Positions 1 through 9,731 of a stretch of DNA of 53,763 bases are shown here, in pieces. Source of the DNA: an uncultured Candidatus Saccharibacteria bacterium. GTDB lineage: Bacteria > Patescibacteriota > Minisyncoccia > Minisyncoccales > Staskawiczbacteraceae. The translations under genes and the position numbers were made by a program. Location: NCBI GenBank assembly GCA_964424305.1, contig CAYRHW010000007.1, positions 1 through 53,763 on the forward strand, written 5' to 3'. The number at the start of each line of letters is the position of its first letter. Within the stretch, counting starts at the first letter, position 1. The notes below the pieces were generated by a model that saw nothing but the letters and a program-made list of their open reading frames with translations, ran no database searches and was not told the origin of the DNA.

Positions 1-52
1 GAGTAGTTCCCTTTTAAGGAAAAAGTTCCGCGTTCGAGTCGCGGCGGGGGCA
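1..52 (+). tRNA. tRNA-Lys(TTT), 5' end cut off by window edge
   Basis: Anticodon arm GTTCC-CTTTTAA-GGAAA, T-arm CCGCG-TTCGAGT-CGCGG, acceptor 3' strand CGGGGGC-A; CCA not encoded. Confidence 0.9.
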
Positions 53-56
53 CAAC

Positions 57-296
57 ATGTTAACACTAGATCTCATATCGCAAATCGGCATAATTGGCTT
101 TGGTTTGTCGGCCGCGTTTCTTGTTGCGCGAAAAAATAAATGGGGCTTTGTGTTAGGACTAGCCTCCGAACCATTTTGGTTTGCTACCTCTATTATAAAC
201 AAACAATGGGGAGTCGTGGCTTTGTCTATTGTCTACACGATAACTTGGACATACGGAGCATATAATTGGTTTATAGCCGATAAAAAGAAACAATAA
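57..296 (+). CDS. Small 3-TM membrane protein, PnuC/nicotinamide-riboside transporter half-repeat-like
   Basis: 79 aa, three hydrophobic segments, L-x-x-x-K-N-K-W-G-F and Y-G-x-Y-N-W motifs resembling a PnuC repeat; followed by a terminator. Confidence 0.6.
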   Translation: MLTLDLISQIGIIGFGLSAAFLVARKNKWGFVLGLASEPFWFATSIINKQWGVVALSIVYTITWTYGAYNWFIADKKKQ

Positions 297-311
297 TTCA
301 CAATGCAAGAG

Positions 312-339
312 AAAAGACCACTGGGTTGTGGTCTTTTTT
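312..339. terminator. Bidirectional intrinsic terminator
   Basis: AAAAGACCAC-TGGGTT-GTGGTCTTTTTT between convergent genes. Confidence 0.8.
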
Positions 340-364
340 AATTCGCCGGGGCGATATTGTCGTG

Positions 365-589
365 TTAATGTGCAACCAATGCGTCGCTATCGACGATTTT
401 GGCGCGGCGTACGCCAATGAGGAGATTCCAAACCGCTACGGGAAGGCCATGTGTCGTTCCCTGAAGGAACCACCAGGGGCTGCCGCGATGGTTTTCTTCC
501 ACCACTTCGTGCACCCCGGGCGCGACGTCAACGCTCTTGCCCGTTCCATATACCTCAACCTTTGTTGGCTCCAACAATTCTAACTGCAT
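365..589 (-). CDS. Hypothetical small protein (74 aa)
   Basis: ATG preceded by GAAGGAG SD and near-consensus promoter; GC-richer than flanks. Confidence 0.7.
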   Translation of the reverse strand: MQLELLEPTKVEVYGTGKSVDVAPGVHEVVEENHRGSPWWFLQGTTHGLPVAVWNLLIGVRRAKIVDSDALVAH

Positions 590-664
590 AACGCTATGCT
601 CCTTCGCGTTTGCCCAAAAAATGGGCGATATGCGGGGAAACCCTTTCCCCGACTGTTAGGGATA

Positions 665-693
665 ATTATAGGCAAAATTTCACTTTAAGTCAA
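665..693 (-). promoter_or_regulatory. sigma70 promoter for 365..589
   Basis: TTGACT-N17-TATAAT on minus strand. Confidence 0.75.
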
Positions 694-766
694 TGGTACA
701 TATAAGCTATTGAAAATTGCCGTAAAATATGTAAAATGATAGCATCTTTGACAAAAGGAGTTCCTC

Positions 767-1486
767 GTGAAAAAAATAGCAGATTTTTTTGTCTATGTTT
801 TTATCACAACTCCCATAGGTGCTATGTTTGGAATATTTTTCTTTATTCTCCGTCTTATCGGTCGAATTAAGGTTTTACACTGGGAAAGATTTCCCCACTG
901 GGAGCGGGAGATACTTGTAATCTCAAACCATCCATCAATGCTCGAAACCGTAATGCTCCCAGCCCTGTTTTTCCATGAATATATGGTAAACCCTTGGTGG
1001 TTTGCCCCAATGAATACTCCTGATTTACACAATTTTTACAAAAGATGGTACTGGGCATGGGCCAGACCAATTTGTGTGCCGATTGATAGAACAAGCCTGA
1101 TTAGTGAAGGCAAGAGCCTTTATCTAATTAGAAAAGCAATTGAGGAAAAAAAGATAGTCATACTCTTTGCCGAAGGTGGCAGAACATTCAGGGGAAAAAC
1201 CTTCCTTCACAGTAAGTCTGGGAAAAAGATGCGAGAACTAAAACGTGGCGTTGGACGATTGGTTGCGCGAACCAATGTAAAAGTTCTCCCGATCTGGATA
1301 GACGGAACCGATACGGTTCTGCTGAATCATTCAACAAAACTTTTCGGAGGTATTAACCCGAAGGGAAAAATTACGATAAGGATCGGCGAGCTGATGGAAT
1401 TTCCCAAAAGCTTGCGCATGGGTAAGGGTGAAGAAATAATTGAAAAGATCGAACAGGCACTTCTTAAGCTTGCAGATGAGGAGTAG
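767..1486 (+). CDS. plsC: 1-acyl-sn-glycerol-3-phosphate/lysophospholipid acyltransferase (PlsC family)
   Basis: NHPSMLE (NHxSxxD-like) and FAEGGRT (FPEGTR-like) motifs; N-terminal TM; GTG start after AAGGAG. Confidence 0.85.
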   Translation: MKKIADFFVYVFITTPIGAMFGIFFFILRLIGRIKVLHWERFPHWEREILVISNHPSMLETVMLPALFFHEYMVNPWWFAPMNTPDLHNFYKRWYWAWARPICVPIDRTSLISEGKSLYLIRKAIEEKKIVILFAEGGRTFRGKTFLHSKSGKKMRELKRGVGRLVARTNVKVLPIWIDGTDTVLLNHSTKLFGGINPKGKITIRIGELMEFPKSLRMGKGEEIIEKIEQALLKLADEE

Positions 1487-1553
1487 GGGACAACCTTACT
1501 CTTTTTTGTTGAATTTATTGAGAAAATAAGTAGAATGAATGTTATTAGTAACT

Positions 1554-1624
1554 GGGCCCATAGTAAATCGGTATTACGGATCAATGGCATTGATCAGGGC
1601 GGGGTTCGATTCCCCGTGGGTCCA
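1554..1624 (+). tRNA. tRNA-Ala(GGC)
   Basis: Full cloverleaf; anticodon loop ATGGCAT (A32-U38 typical of Ala-GGC), G3:U70 alanine identity pair, TTCGATT T-loop; promoter TTGAAT-N16-TAGAAT upstream, terminator downstream. Confidence 0.97.
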
Positions 1625-1674
1625 CAACGAAAAATCACCTTTAAATTGAGGTGGTTTTTTAGTTTCGCTTATAC

Positions 1675-1703
1675 TTGACATAATTCATTTAATTATGTAG
1701 TAT
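1675..1703 (+). promoter_or_regulatory. sigma70 promoter
   Basis: TTGACA-N17-TAGTAT. Confidence 0.65.
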
Positions 1704-1784
1704 CAAAATAGCCCTTTGCACCATTTTGTCGAGGATTGTCCTCGGCATACAAGCATTGTTTCAACGCAAGACAAGGAGAACACC

Positions 1785-2738
1785 ATGCAAAACAAGAAGA
1801 TGTTGAATGAGATCACGGTTGCGGGAGCAATTGGCGGCGCTATCGGCGTAGTAATCGCTATGGCGCTGATTTCGGAGTATGGTTTTTCGCCACTGGCAAC
1901 ACTGATACTCTCGGGCATCTCGTGCGCCGGGATATCGGTCATCAGCTATCGGCCCATGGAGGTCGGCAGTATCTTGCGCCTCGTCGGCGCACGGTTCGGT
2001 CGTGACATCTCACAAACACTCACCGCCGTTGCGTCCGGTGCAGCCAGCCATTCCATCCGGATAAGCCTGACCCGGGTAGCGAAAAACTCTGCACGGCGAA
2101 TCAAAAGTGTGCTGGTTGTTGTTTTTCTGGCGACACTTCTGATCGTCTCAGCGGGTCTGACGCTTGGCTGGTTGGTCAAGCTCATAACGCCCGGCGACAC
2201 ACCGGCGGCGAAGGATGTCGGAGTTTTTGTGACCTATTGCCTGATGCCGCTGTTATCCACCCTTCTATGCACCGTCGTCTCCGCGACTCTCTTTGTGGTT
2301 CTGTTTCTTGCGGACAACAACGGTTGGGGACCGAAAACGTCGTGGTGGTTGCCGCTCATTATGCGTCTGCGTGTTGCGTTTCGAGGAGACGATGGCCCGG
2401 TTGATGTGTGGATGATAAAGATGTGGAAGACCAGAAGGATGGTTTTTCTGTCGCTGATTATGTTGGCGATTCCGCCTGCAATGCCAATAGCCTTGGCCAT
2501 CATGGTTTTGATGTTGGCAATTGATGTCACAATCACAATCATTTTGGCCCTGGCATCGACCGAGCGCCTGGCAGCAATGTGTGGCGGGTTACTCGGCACC
2601 ATTACCGGCACCATCTGCTACCTTAACGGGCTCACTCCCGTGTATGTTGTAGCTATCGGTGGCATCCTCGGAGGTTTCTCCGGGCGATGGCTATACGTTT
2701 TGCGGAACGCCTTGGCACCCAAGCCTCGGACGGCGTGA
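1785..2738 (+). CDS. Hypothetical polytopic membrane protein (GC-rich)
   Basis: ATG at 1785 follows AAGGAG; many hydrophobic Gly-rich helices; terminator at about 2770-2803. Confidence 0.8.
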   Translation: MQNKKMLNEITVAGAIGGAIGVVIAMALISEYGFSPLATLILSGISCAGISVISYRPMEVGSILRLVGARFGRDISQTLTAVASGAASHSIRISLTRVAKNSARRIKSVLVVVFLATLLIVSAGLTLGWLVKLITPGDTPAAKDVGVFVTYCLMPLLSTLLCTVVSATLFVVLFLADNNGWGPKTSWWLPLIMRLRVAFRGDDGPVDVWMIKMWKTRRMVFLSLIMLAIPPAMPIALAIMVLMLAIDVTITIILALASTERLAAMCGGLLGTITGTICYLNGLTPVYVVAIGGILGGFSGRWLYVLRNALAPKPRTA

Positions 2739-2990
2739 ATTTCGACTTCGTCAACGATTGAACAATGCAAGGACCCGTGCTCTTACAGACGGGTTCTTTT
2801 TTTATATATTTCTCAACCCATTCGCCGCGACAGAACTAATTTCGGACTAGTATAGATTCTGCCCAATCTAAAAATCTGAAATCACCGCCTAGGTCTCCCC
2901 AAATTTTTAAAGCCGAACCTCTCCCGCGGTGGTTCATATTTTTCCGATATATGATAAACTAAAATATATTAATAATATTTAAGTGCTAAA

Positions 2991-4859
2991 ATGCCAACAG
3001 AAAAAATTAAAAACATTGCTTACCCAAAAGTTAAAATAAAAAATGTTTTAGCTGCTTTTTGGGAAGGGATACAACCGCAGAGATGGGGGTTATTTGTTGT
3101 CGCGTTTTTTATTGTTTTAGCCAACGTTACAACAATCATTTCTCCGCTTTTGTATAAGCAATTCTTCGATGTCATCTCGGTTGATGGAGATAAATCGCTA
3201 ATAACCCAGAAATTACTAATAATAATCATACAGGTAGCGCTTCTAAATGGATTGGTCTGGCTATTTTACCGCATAGTTACTATCGCCAATAATTCTTATC
3301 AAACGGGCACCATCGCTCGCTTGAAACAACGCGCCTACGGTTGCTTAATGGAGCACTCCTATAGTTTCTTTAGTAATAATTTTACTGGTTCTCTTGTCCA
3401 GCGTGTGAACCGTTTTGCCCGCGCCTTCGAAACTTTAAGCGACAGATTGGTCTGGGACATATTGCCATTGTCTGTGAGGATTGTCTCAGTGGTCATAATC
3501 GTCTTTTTTATAAACAAGTGGATTGCCTTAATAATTCTTGTTTGGATATTAGTATTTCTACTATTCAATATCATTTTTTCCCAATGGAAATTAAAATATG
3601 ATATTTTGATCGCCGAAATTGATTCTAAGACAACGGCCTATCTAGCAGATACGATAACTAATCAAAACGCAGTCCAATTGTTTGGAGGATACAAATTCGA
3701 ATCTGACGGCTACAAGCAAGTAACCGCCGAGCAGGCTAAAATGACGAAGCTCAGCTGGAACCTAGACGCAATAGTTGAAGCAGGTCAATCGTTTTTAGGG
3801 TTTGCCATACAATTCCTCCTATTTTACTTTGCCGTAAAATATTGGGAGCAGGGGATTATAACAATCGGAGTTTTCGTTTTGCTACAGGTATATATAATTG
3901 GTTTAATTGATCAGCTTTGGGGATTTACCAGAGTCATTAAAAACACGTATCAGGCATATGCCGACGCAAAAGAAATGGTTGAGATAATGCTATTGCCATA
4001 CGAGATAAAAGATAAACCGAATGCCCGTGATCTTTCTGTGAAAAAAGGAGGGATCGAGTTTAGAAATTTAAATTTCAGCTTTAGTGAGGAAAAAAAGGTT
4101 TTAGAAAATATTAATTTAACTATTAATCCGGGGGAAAAAGTGGCGCTGATTGGTCCATCGGGCGCTGGTAAGACAACAATAGTAAAATTACTTCTAAGAC
4201 AGCACTCTCCAACGTCGGGGAATATTCTAATTGATGGACAGGATATCTCCGAGGTGACCCAAGAGAGCTTAAGGAATAATATCTCTTTGGTCCCCCAAGA
4301 TCCGATTCTTTTTCATCGAAGCTTAACTCAAAATATTGCTTACAGCAAGCGCGATGCGACCGAGCAAGAGATTAAAGATGCCGTAAGGTTGGCCAATTGC
4401 AACGATTTCTTCGATAAATATGCTAACAATTTCGTAGGGGAGCGTGGAATTAAACTATCAGGAGGGGAACGTCAGAGGGTTGCCATCGCAAGGGCGATAT
4501 TGAAAAATGCGCCAATTCTGGTTTTAGATGAGGCGACATCGAGCCTTGATTCATATTCTGAATCACTTATACAGGATGCTCTTAATAATTTAATGGCCGA
4601 CAGAACGACCATTGTTATAGCCCATAGACTTTCCACCATTCAAAAAATGGACAGGATTATCGTCATTGATGGGGGGAAAATAATAGAGGAAGGGAGCCAC
4701 AGCGAGTTATTAATGAGAGATGGTAGTTTGTATAAAGATCTTTGGACCCTACAAGCTGGCGGGTTTTTGAAGGACGATGATAAAGAAAAAGCCACAGATA
4801 GCGAAGAAGAGGACGAAGACGAAAAAAGTGGGAACGAAGAAGGGGAAAAAAGTTCGTAA
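2991..4859 (+). CDS. ABC exporter, fused permease/ATPase (MsbA/MdlB-like)
   Basis: Multi-TM N-terminal domain, Walker A GPSGAGKT, LSGGERQR signature, LDEATS Walker B; acidic tail. Confidence 0.95.
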   Translation: MPTEKIKNIAYPKVKIKNVLAAFWEGIQPQRWGLFVVAFFIVLANVTTIISPLLYKQFFDVISVDGDKSLITQKLLIIIIQVALLNGLVWLFYRIVTIANNSYQTGTIARLKQRAYGCLMEHSYSFFSNNFTGSLVQRVNRFARAFETLSDRLVWDILPLSVRIVSVVIIVFFINKWIALIILVWILVFLLFNIIFSQWKLKYDILIAEIDSKTTAYLADTITNQNAVQLFGGYKFESDGYKQVTAEQAKMTKLSWNLDAIVEAGQSFLGFAIQFLLFYFAVKYWEQGIITIGVFVLLQVYIIGLIDQLWGFTRVIKNTYQAYADAKEMVEIMLLPYEIKDKPNARDLSVKKGGIEFRNLNFSFSEEKKVLENINLTINPGEKVALIGPSGAGKTTIVKLLLRQHSPTSGNILIDGQDISEVTQESLRNNISLVPQDPILFHRSLTQNIAYSKRDATEQEIKDAVRLANCNDFFDKYANNFVGERGIKLSGGERQRVAIARAILKNAPILVLDEATSSLDSYSESLIQDALNNLMADRTTIVIAHRLSTIQKMDRIIVIDGGKIIEEGSHSELLMRDGSLYKDLWTLQAGGFLKDDDKEKATDSEEEDEDEKSGNEEGEKSS

Positions 4860-4928
4860 AACAATTTCTGTTATTAAATAGGGCCGATGTTTGACCCGAA
4901 ATTTGTTTTATGAGATAATTAGAAAAAT

Positions 4929-6116
4929 ATGATGCCCAATTTAAAAAAACCTCTAATTTCTGTCTTGTTAATTTTGGCATTTGCCGGAGTTTTTAGTAGT
5001 GGAATCTTCCTTGGGCAATTATTAAAGGTTTGTGACACCTGTCAGCCAACGGATGTTAATTTCTCGTTATTCTGGGATGCATATAACCAACTCAAATCTA
5101 AATTTGTTGATTCGTCTAAAATAACTAACGAGGCAGTTTTGTATGGCGCCATTTCTGGGATGGCAAAAAGCTTGGGCGATCCCTATACAACATTCTTTAA
5201 TCCAACAGAGGCAAAGAAATTTACAGATGAGTTAGCCGGGTACTTTGGAGGGATAGGGATAGAGATCGCGATAAAAAAAGCGCAACTTACAGTCGTATCA
5301 CCCCTTGAAAATACTCCTGCCCAAAGGGCTGGCCTAAGAGCCGGAGATGTTATCGTGAAAATAGATGGGAAGGATACTGCCGCCATGACAGACGACGAGG
5401 CTGTAACTCTAATTAGAGGAAATAGTGGCACCAAGGTGGTTTTAACAATATATAGGGCTGGCTGGACGGGAACAAAAGATTTTTCGATCACCAGAGATAC
5501 AATAAAAATTCCATCACTAAAATGGGAATTACTGGAGGGAGACATCGCAGATATAAAATTATTCCAATTTAGCCAAAATCTGAATTCAGATTTCAATAAA
5601 GCCGCCCTTGAGATATTGAATAGCCCCGCGAAGAAAATAATCATTGATTTAAGAAATAACCCCGGAGGATATCTTGAAATAGCCCAAAACATCGCCGGTT
5701 GGTTTATAGAGCATGGCAAAACTGTTGTCATCGAAGACTTCGGAACGCAAAAACCACAAACAATATATAAATCAGAAGGGAACGCTAAGTTTTTAAGCTA
5801 CCCAACCGTAATTTTAATCAACCAAGGATCCGCCTCCGCCTCAGAAATATTGGCAGGAGCCCTACAGGATAACAATGGGACTAAGCTGATCGGCGAGAAA
5901 TCGTTCGGAAAAGGGTCTGTCCAAGAGGGGGTTAATATGACCGATGGATCTTTTCTAAAAATAACGATCGCAAAGTGGCTAACACCCAAGGGAACCTCAA
6001 TTTCTGAGAAAGGACTGGATCCAGATGTTGAAGTTAAATTAACGGATGCAGACTTTGAGCAGGGCCTAGATCCACAACTAAAAAGGGCTATTGAATTATT
6101 AAAAACAATGCAGTAG
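4929..6116 (+). CDS. ctpA: Carboxyl-terminal processing protease, S41 family with PDZ domain
   Basis: GIGI PDZ loop, DLRNNPGG, SASASEI, SFGKGSVQ motifs. Confidence 0.93.
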   Translation: MMPNLKKPLISVLLILAFAGVFSSGIFLGQLLKVCDTCQPTDVNFSLFWDAYNQLKSKFVDSSKITNEAVLYGAISGMAKSLGDPYTTFFNPTEAKKFTDELAGYFGGIGIEIAIKKAQLTVVSPLENTPAQRAGLRAGDVIVKIDGKDTAAMTDDEAVTLIRGNSGTKVVLTIYRAGWTGTKDFSITRDTIKIPSLKWELLEGDIADIKLFQFSQNLNSDFNKAALEILNSPAKKIIIDLRNNPGGYLEIAQNIAGWFIEHGKTVVIEDFGTQKPQTIYKSEGNAKFLSYPTVILINQGSASASEILAGALQDNNGTKLIGEKSFGKGSVQEGVNMTDGSFLKITIAKWLTPKGTSISEKGLDPDVEVKLTDADFEQGLDPQLKRAIELLKTMQ

Positions 6117-6148
6117 AATATAGGGCATACAAAAAGAAAAATAAAAAC

Positions 6149-6598
6149 ATGAAAGTAATTCTCACAAAGGACGTCCCAAGTTTAGGAAAAAAATATGAAA
6201 TCAAAGAAGTAAAGGATGGCTATGCAAGAAATTTTTTATTTCCAAAAAACCTTGTGAAACAAGCTAATAAAGAAAACATGAATTGGTTAACAAAACAAAC
6301 AAAATCGCTTGAAGTTGCTGCCGTAGAAGATCTAAAAAAGACCCAGGAACTTGCCTCTAAGCTTGAAAGCGCCGAAATTAATATTTCTGTAAAAACAGGA
6401 GACGATGGTCAGTTGTTTGAATCCGTGACTGTCACCAAGATAGCAGAAAAACTCAAAGAAGCTGGATTCGAGGTAAGGAAAAACCAGATCAAATTAGATA
6501 AACCGATCAAGGAAGTCGGGGAGTTCAAGGTCAAGCTAAGCCTTGATCACAACCTAGAATCAGAGATCGCAGTAGTCGTAACAGGAGAAAAAGAATAA
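6149..6598 (+). CDS. rplI: 50S ribosomal protein bL9
   Basis: MKVILTKDV...VKDGYARNFLFP signature. Confidence 0.98.
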   Translation: MKVILTKDVPSLGKKYEIKEVKDGYARNFLFPKNLVKQANKENMNWLTKQTKSLEVAAVEDLKKTQELASKLESAEINISVKTGDDGQLFESVTVTKIAEKLKEAGFEVRKNQIKLDKPIKEVGEFKVKLSLDHNLESEIAVVVTGEKE

Positions 6599-6643
6599 TA
6601 AACTTCGAAGCCACTTTAAAGCCAATGTGGCTTTTTTCTAAAC

Positions 6644-8263
6644 ATGCAAAGATTCATATTCGTAGCTGGCGGAGTAATGAGTGGAGTTGGTAAGGGCATA
6701 GCCACTGCCTCAATCGGAAAAGTACTACAAAGCAAGGGGTATTCAGTCACAGCGATGAAAATCGACCCCTATATCAACGTCGACGCTGGAACCATACGGC
6801 CAACCGAACATGGGGAGGTTTTTGTTACCGAAGATGGAACTGAGTGCGACCAGGACCTTGGAAATTACGAGAGATTCCTGAATATCAATATTTATGATAC
6901 AAACTATATAACAACTGGCCGAGTGTATCTCCATGTAATTCAAAAGGAAAGGAATATGGAATACAATGGCGAAGATGTTGAAGTAGTTCCAGATATTCCG
7001 CTAGAAGTTATTAGGAGAATAAAACTGGCCGCAAAAACCACCAAAGCCGACTTTATATTAATTGAGATCGGAGGAACCGTTGGGGAATACCAAAACATAC
7101 TGTTTATTGAAGCAGCTAGAATGTTGCGCATTCAGGAACCTAAAAATGTACTTTTCTTCTTAGTGAGCTATCTTCCAATTCCTAACAAGATTGGCGAGAT
7201 GAAAACTAAACCAACGCAGTATGCCACTAGATCATTAAATGCTACCGGGATCCAACCAGATTTTCTACTTTGTCGTAGTGCGGTCCCAGTTGATCAAAGG
7301 CGCAAAGAAAAACTATCCCTATTTTGTAATATTGAAGAGGAGTGCATTATTTCAGCTCCCGACATCGATTCCATCTACGATGTTCCTGTAAATTTTGACA
7401 ATGAAAAACTGGCCGAGAAAATACTTCGTAAATTTGGAATGAAGGTTAAAAAGAAGGATATGGTAGATTGGAGAAAATTATCGAAAAAAATCAAAAATCT
7501 TAAAAATGAAGTGAAGATAAGCATAGTCGGAAAATATTTTAACACAGGTGATTTTACATTATCCGACTCGTACATCTCGGTCATTGAGGCTATAAAACAT
7601 GCCGCCTGGGCTAATAACAGAAAACCCATTATTAAATGGGTAAATTCGGAAGAATTAGAAAAAAATCCGGAATTATTGAAGGAATTAAAAAAGTCTGACG
7701 GGATAATCGTGCCAGGAGGATTTGGCAATAGGGGAGTGGAGGGGAAAATAAAGGCAATTGAATTTTGTCGTAAAAATAAAATCCCATTTCTAGGATTATG
7801 TCTTGGCCTTCAGCTTGCCGTAATTGAATTTGCGAGAAACGTTGTTGGGATTAAAGACGCAACATCAAGAGAATTTGATAAAAACGCCAAAAATCCTGTA
7901 ATAGATATAATGCCAGAACAAAAGGTTCTGCTAAAGGAGAGGAAGTATGGTGCGACGATGAGATTGGGCGCCTATGATTGTAAACTTAGCCCTAAAACAA
8001 AAAGCTTCAAAGCCTACGGTTCTGCAAATATATCCGAACGTCACAGACACCGCTATGAATTGAACAATGATTATCGAGAAATATTAGAAAAAAAAGGAAT
8101 GACCCTAGCTGGGGTCAATCCTCAAAAAGATTTAGTAGAAATAATAGAGCTACCGAATCATCCTTTTTTCGTAGCTACTCAATTCCATCCAGAATTTAAA
8201 TCTCGCCCACTATCCCCACATCCTTTATTCAGGGAATTTATTAAGGCGAGCTTAAAAAAATAG
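6644..8263 (+). CDS. pyrG: CTP synthase
   Basis: GGVMSGVGKG, KIDPYINVDAGT, GLCLG, ERHRHRYE, QFHPEF. Confidence 0.99.
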   Translation: MQRFIFVAGGVMSGVGKGIATASIGKVLQSKGYSVTAMKIDPYINVDAGTIRPTEHGEVFVTEDGTECDQDLGNYERFLNINIYDTNYITTGRVYLHVIQKERNMEYNGEDVEVVPDIPLEVIRRIKLAAKTTKADFILIEIGGTVGEYQNILFIEAARMLRIQEPKNVLFFLVSYLPIPNKIGEMKTKPTQYATRSLNATGIQPDFLLCRSAVPVDQRRKEKLSLFCNIEEECIISAPDIDSIYDVPVNFDNEKLAEKILRKFGMKVKKKDMVDWRKLSKKIKNLKNEVKISIVGKYFNTGDFTLSDSYISVIEAIKHAAWANNRKPIIKWVNSEELEKNPELLKELKKSDGIIVPGGFGNRGVEGKIKAIEFCRKNKIPFLGLCLGLQLAVIEFARNVVGIKDATSREFDKNAKNPVIDIMPEQKVLLKERKYGATMRLGAYDCKLSPKTKSFKAYGSANISERHRHRYELNNDYREILEKKGMTLAGVNPQKDLVEIIELPNHPFFVATQFHPEFKSRPLSPHPLFREFIKASLKK

Positions 8264-8536
8264 TTACTTTACGTTTACAACGCTCACTACTTTTGTAGAG
8301 CCGTTGAAATTCTTTTTTGTTTTCTTAGTAAAACTAATTATGCCATCTTTCATGGCGTAGATTGTATCGTCTCCCGCTCGCTTTACATTTTTACCAACAG
8401 TAAATTTTGCCCCACGTTGTCGGACAATAATTTCTCCTTTTTTAACTATTTCCCCGGCATAGGACTTAATTCCCAATCTTTGAGAATTAGAATCTCTGCC
8501 CAACCTAGACGAACCCGACGATTTAGATGTTGACAT
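8264..8536 (-). CDS. rpmA: 50S ribosomal protein bL27
   Basis: GRDSNSQRLGIK, IIVRQRG, GDDTIYA motifs. Confidence 0.97.
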   Translation of the reverse strand: MSTSKSSGSSRLGRDSNSQRLGIKSYAGEIVKKGEIIVRQRGAKFTVGKNVKRAGDDTIYAMKDGIISFTKKTKKNFNGSTKVVSVVNVK

Positions 8537-8570
8537 GGTATTATCAGATAAGTATTAATATATAATGTAC

Positions 8571-8732
8571 ATGTTAGCTAAATTTACGGAGATTGTCAAT
8601 AAACACAGGAAAGACGCTACCCTGGGGATTATCGTCTTTTTGCTTATGTTGCTCGCATTCTCAATGGGATATATAACAGCAAAATATCGACCAACCCAAC
8701 CAATTCAATTTATTGATAATCAGAATAAATGA
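8571..8732 (+). CDS. Small single-TM protein (53 aa, not in the ORF track)
   Basis: MLAKFTEIVNKHRKDATLGIIVFLLMLLAFSMGYITAKYRPTQPIQFIDNQNK; TATAAT just upstream; stop overlaps next ATG (ATGA). Confidence 0.7.
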   Translation: MLAKFTEIVNKHRKDATLGIIVFLLMLLAFSMGYITAKYRPTQPIQFIDNQNK

Positions 8733-9667
8733 AAGTAGCAATTATTGGCGCCGGCACCTCTGGGCTATACATCGCCCACAAATTAGCAAAAAAAGGTCAC
8801 GAAGTGACTGTTTTTGAAAAAAACGATTCCATTGGGAATAAAATATGTTCCGGCCTATTCTCCGAGAGAATCTTAGCCTTTGTACCCGAATCAGAACCCC
8901 TTATCCAAAATCGGATAAATTCTGTTTTGATAAACTTTCCCAGAAAATCGATAGAGGTGTCCTTTTCTAAACAGTTTTTGGTAATGGATCACTCGAAACT
9001 TGATCATCTTTTAAGCGATTTATGCCGTAAAGTTGGCGTAAAGATTGTCCTGGGGAATAAGGTTTCAAATATACCCACGGATTTTGACCGGGTAATTGGC
9101 TGTGACGGCGCTGAGTCTGTCACAAGGAAGCAACTAGGGGGTAAGGAGCCTAGTTTACGACTAGGGATACAAGGATTTGTGCCCTTACAGACTTCGGAAA
9201 CTACTCAAGAAAACTTTGTTGAAGCGTGGCCATGTAAAAATGGCTTCCTATGGAAAATTCCTCGGGGCGATAAGTTGGAATATGGCGTAATAACCGATAT
9301 AAATACAGCCCACAGGACATTCGTTGATTTTGTAAAAGAAAAAAACATTTTAGTAAACAATATTAAGGCAAAATTGGTCCCGCAAGGATTAATTATTCCA
9401 GATAATAACAAAATAACACTTTGCGGTGATGCCGCAGGATTAACTAAGCCATGGTCGGGTGGGGGAGTGGTATGGGGATTTAGAGCAGCAGATATTCTAA
9501 TAGAAAATTTTCCGAATTTTAATAGCTATAGGAGAAAAACAAAAAGATTTTTCATAAAAAAAATAATATTTTCTAAAATTGCGGTCACCCTTGTATATTT
9601 AGTTGGATTTACTATTCCTTGGATGCTCCCGAAGAGAGCAAAGATGGAATCTGACTTTTTACTTTAG
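8729..9667 (+). CDS. FAD-dependent oxidoreductase, geranylgeranyl-reductase-like
   Basis: IIGAGTSG Rossmann motif, KICSG, GCDGAES, WKIP, GDAAGLTKPWSGGG. Confidence 0.85.
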   Translation: MKVAIIGAGTSGLYIAHKLAKKGHEVTVFEKNDSIGNKICSGLFSERILAFVPESEPLIQNRINSVLINFPRKSIEVSFSKQFLVMDHSKLDHLLSDLCRKVGVKIVLGNKVSNIPTDFDRVIGCDGAESVTRKQLGGKEPSLRLGIQGFVPLQTSETTQENFVEAWPCKNGFLWKIPRGDKLEYGVITDINTAHRTFVDFVKEKNILVNNIKAKLVPQGLIIPDNNKITLCGDAAGLTKPWSGGGVVWGFRAADILIENFPNFNSYRRKTKRFFIKKIIFSKIAVTLVYLVGFTIPWMLPKRAKMESDFLL

Positions 9668-9731
9668 ATTGACTTAATGTAGTATTATTGTAGAATATAG
9701 TAGGTCCGGTCCTTTGACAGGAGAAACTCCC

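Noticed and set aside
2836-2937. 33-aa minus-strand ORF in the gap before the ABC transporter
   Set aside because: No SD, motif or other support.
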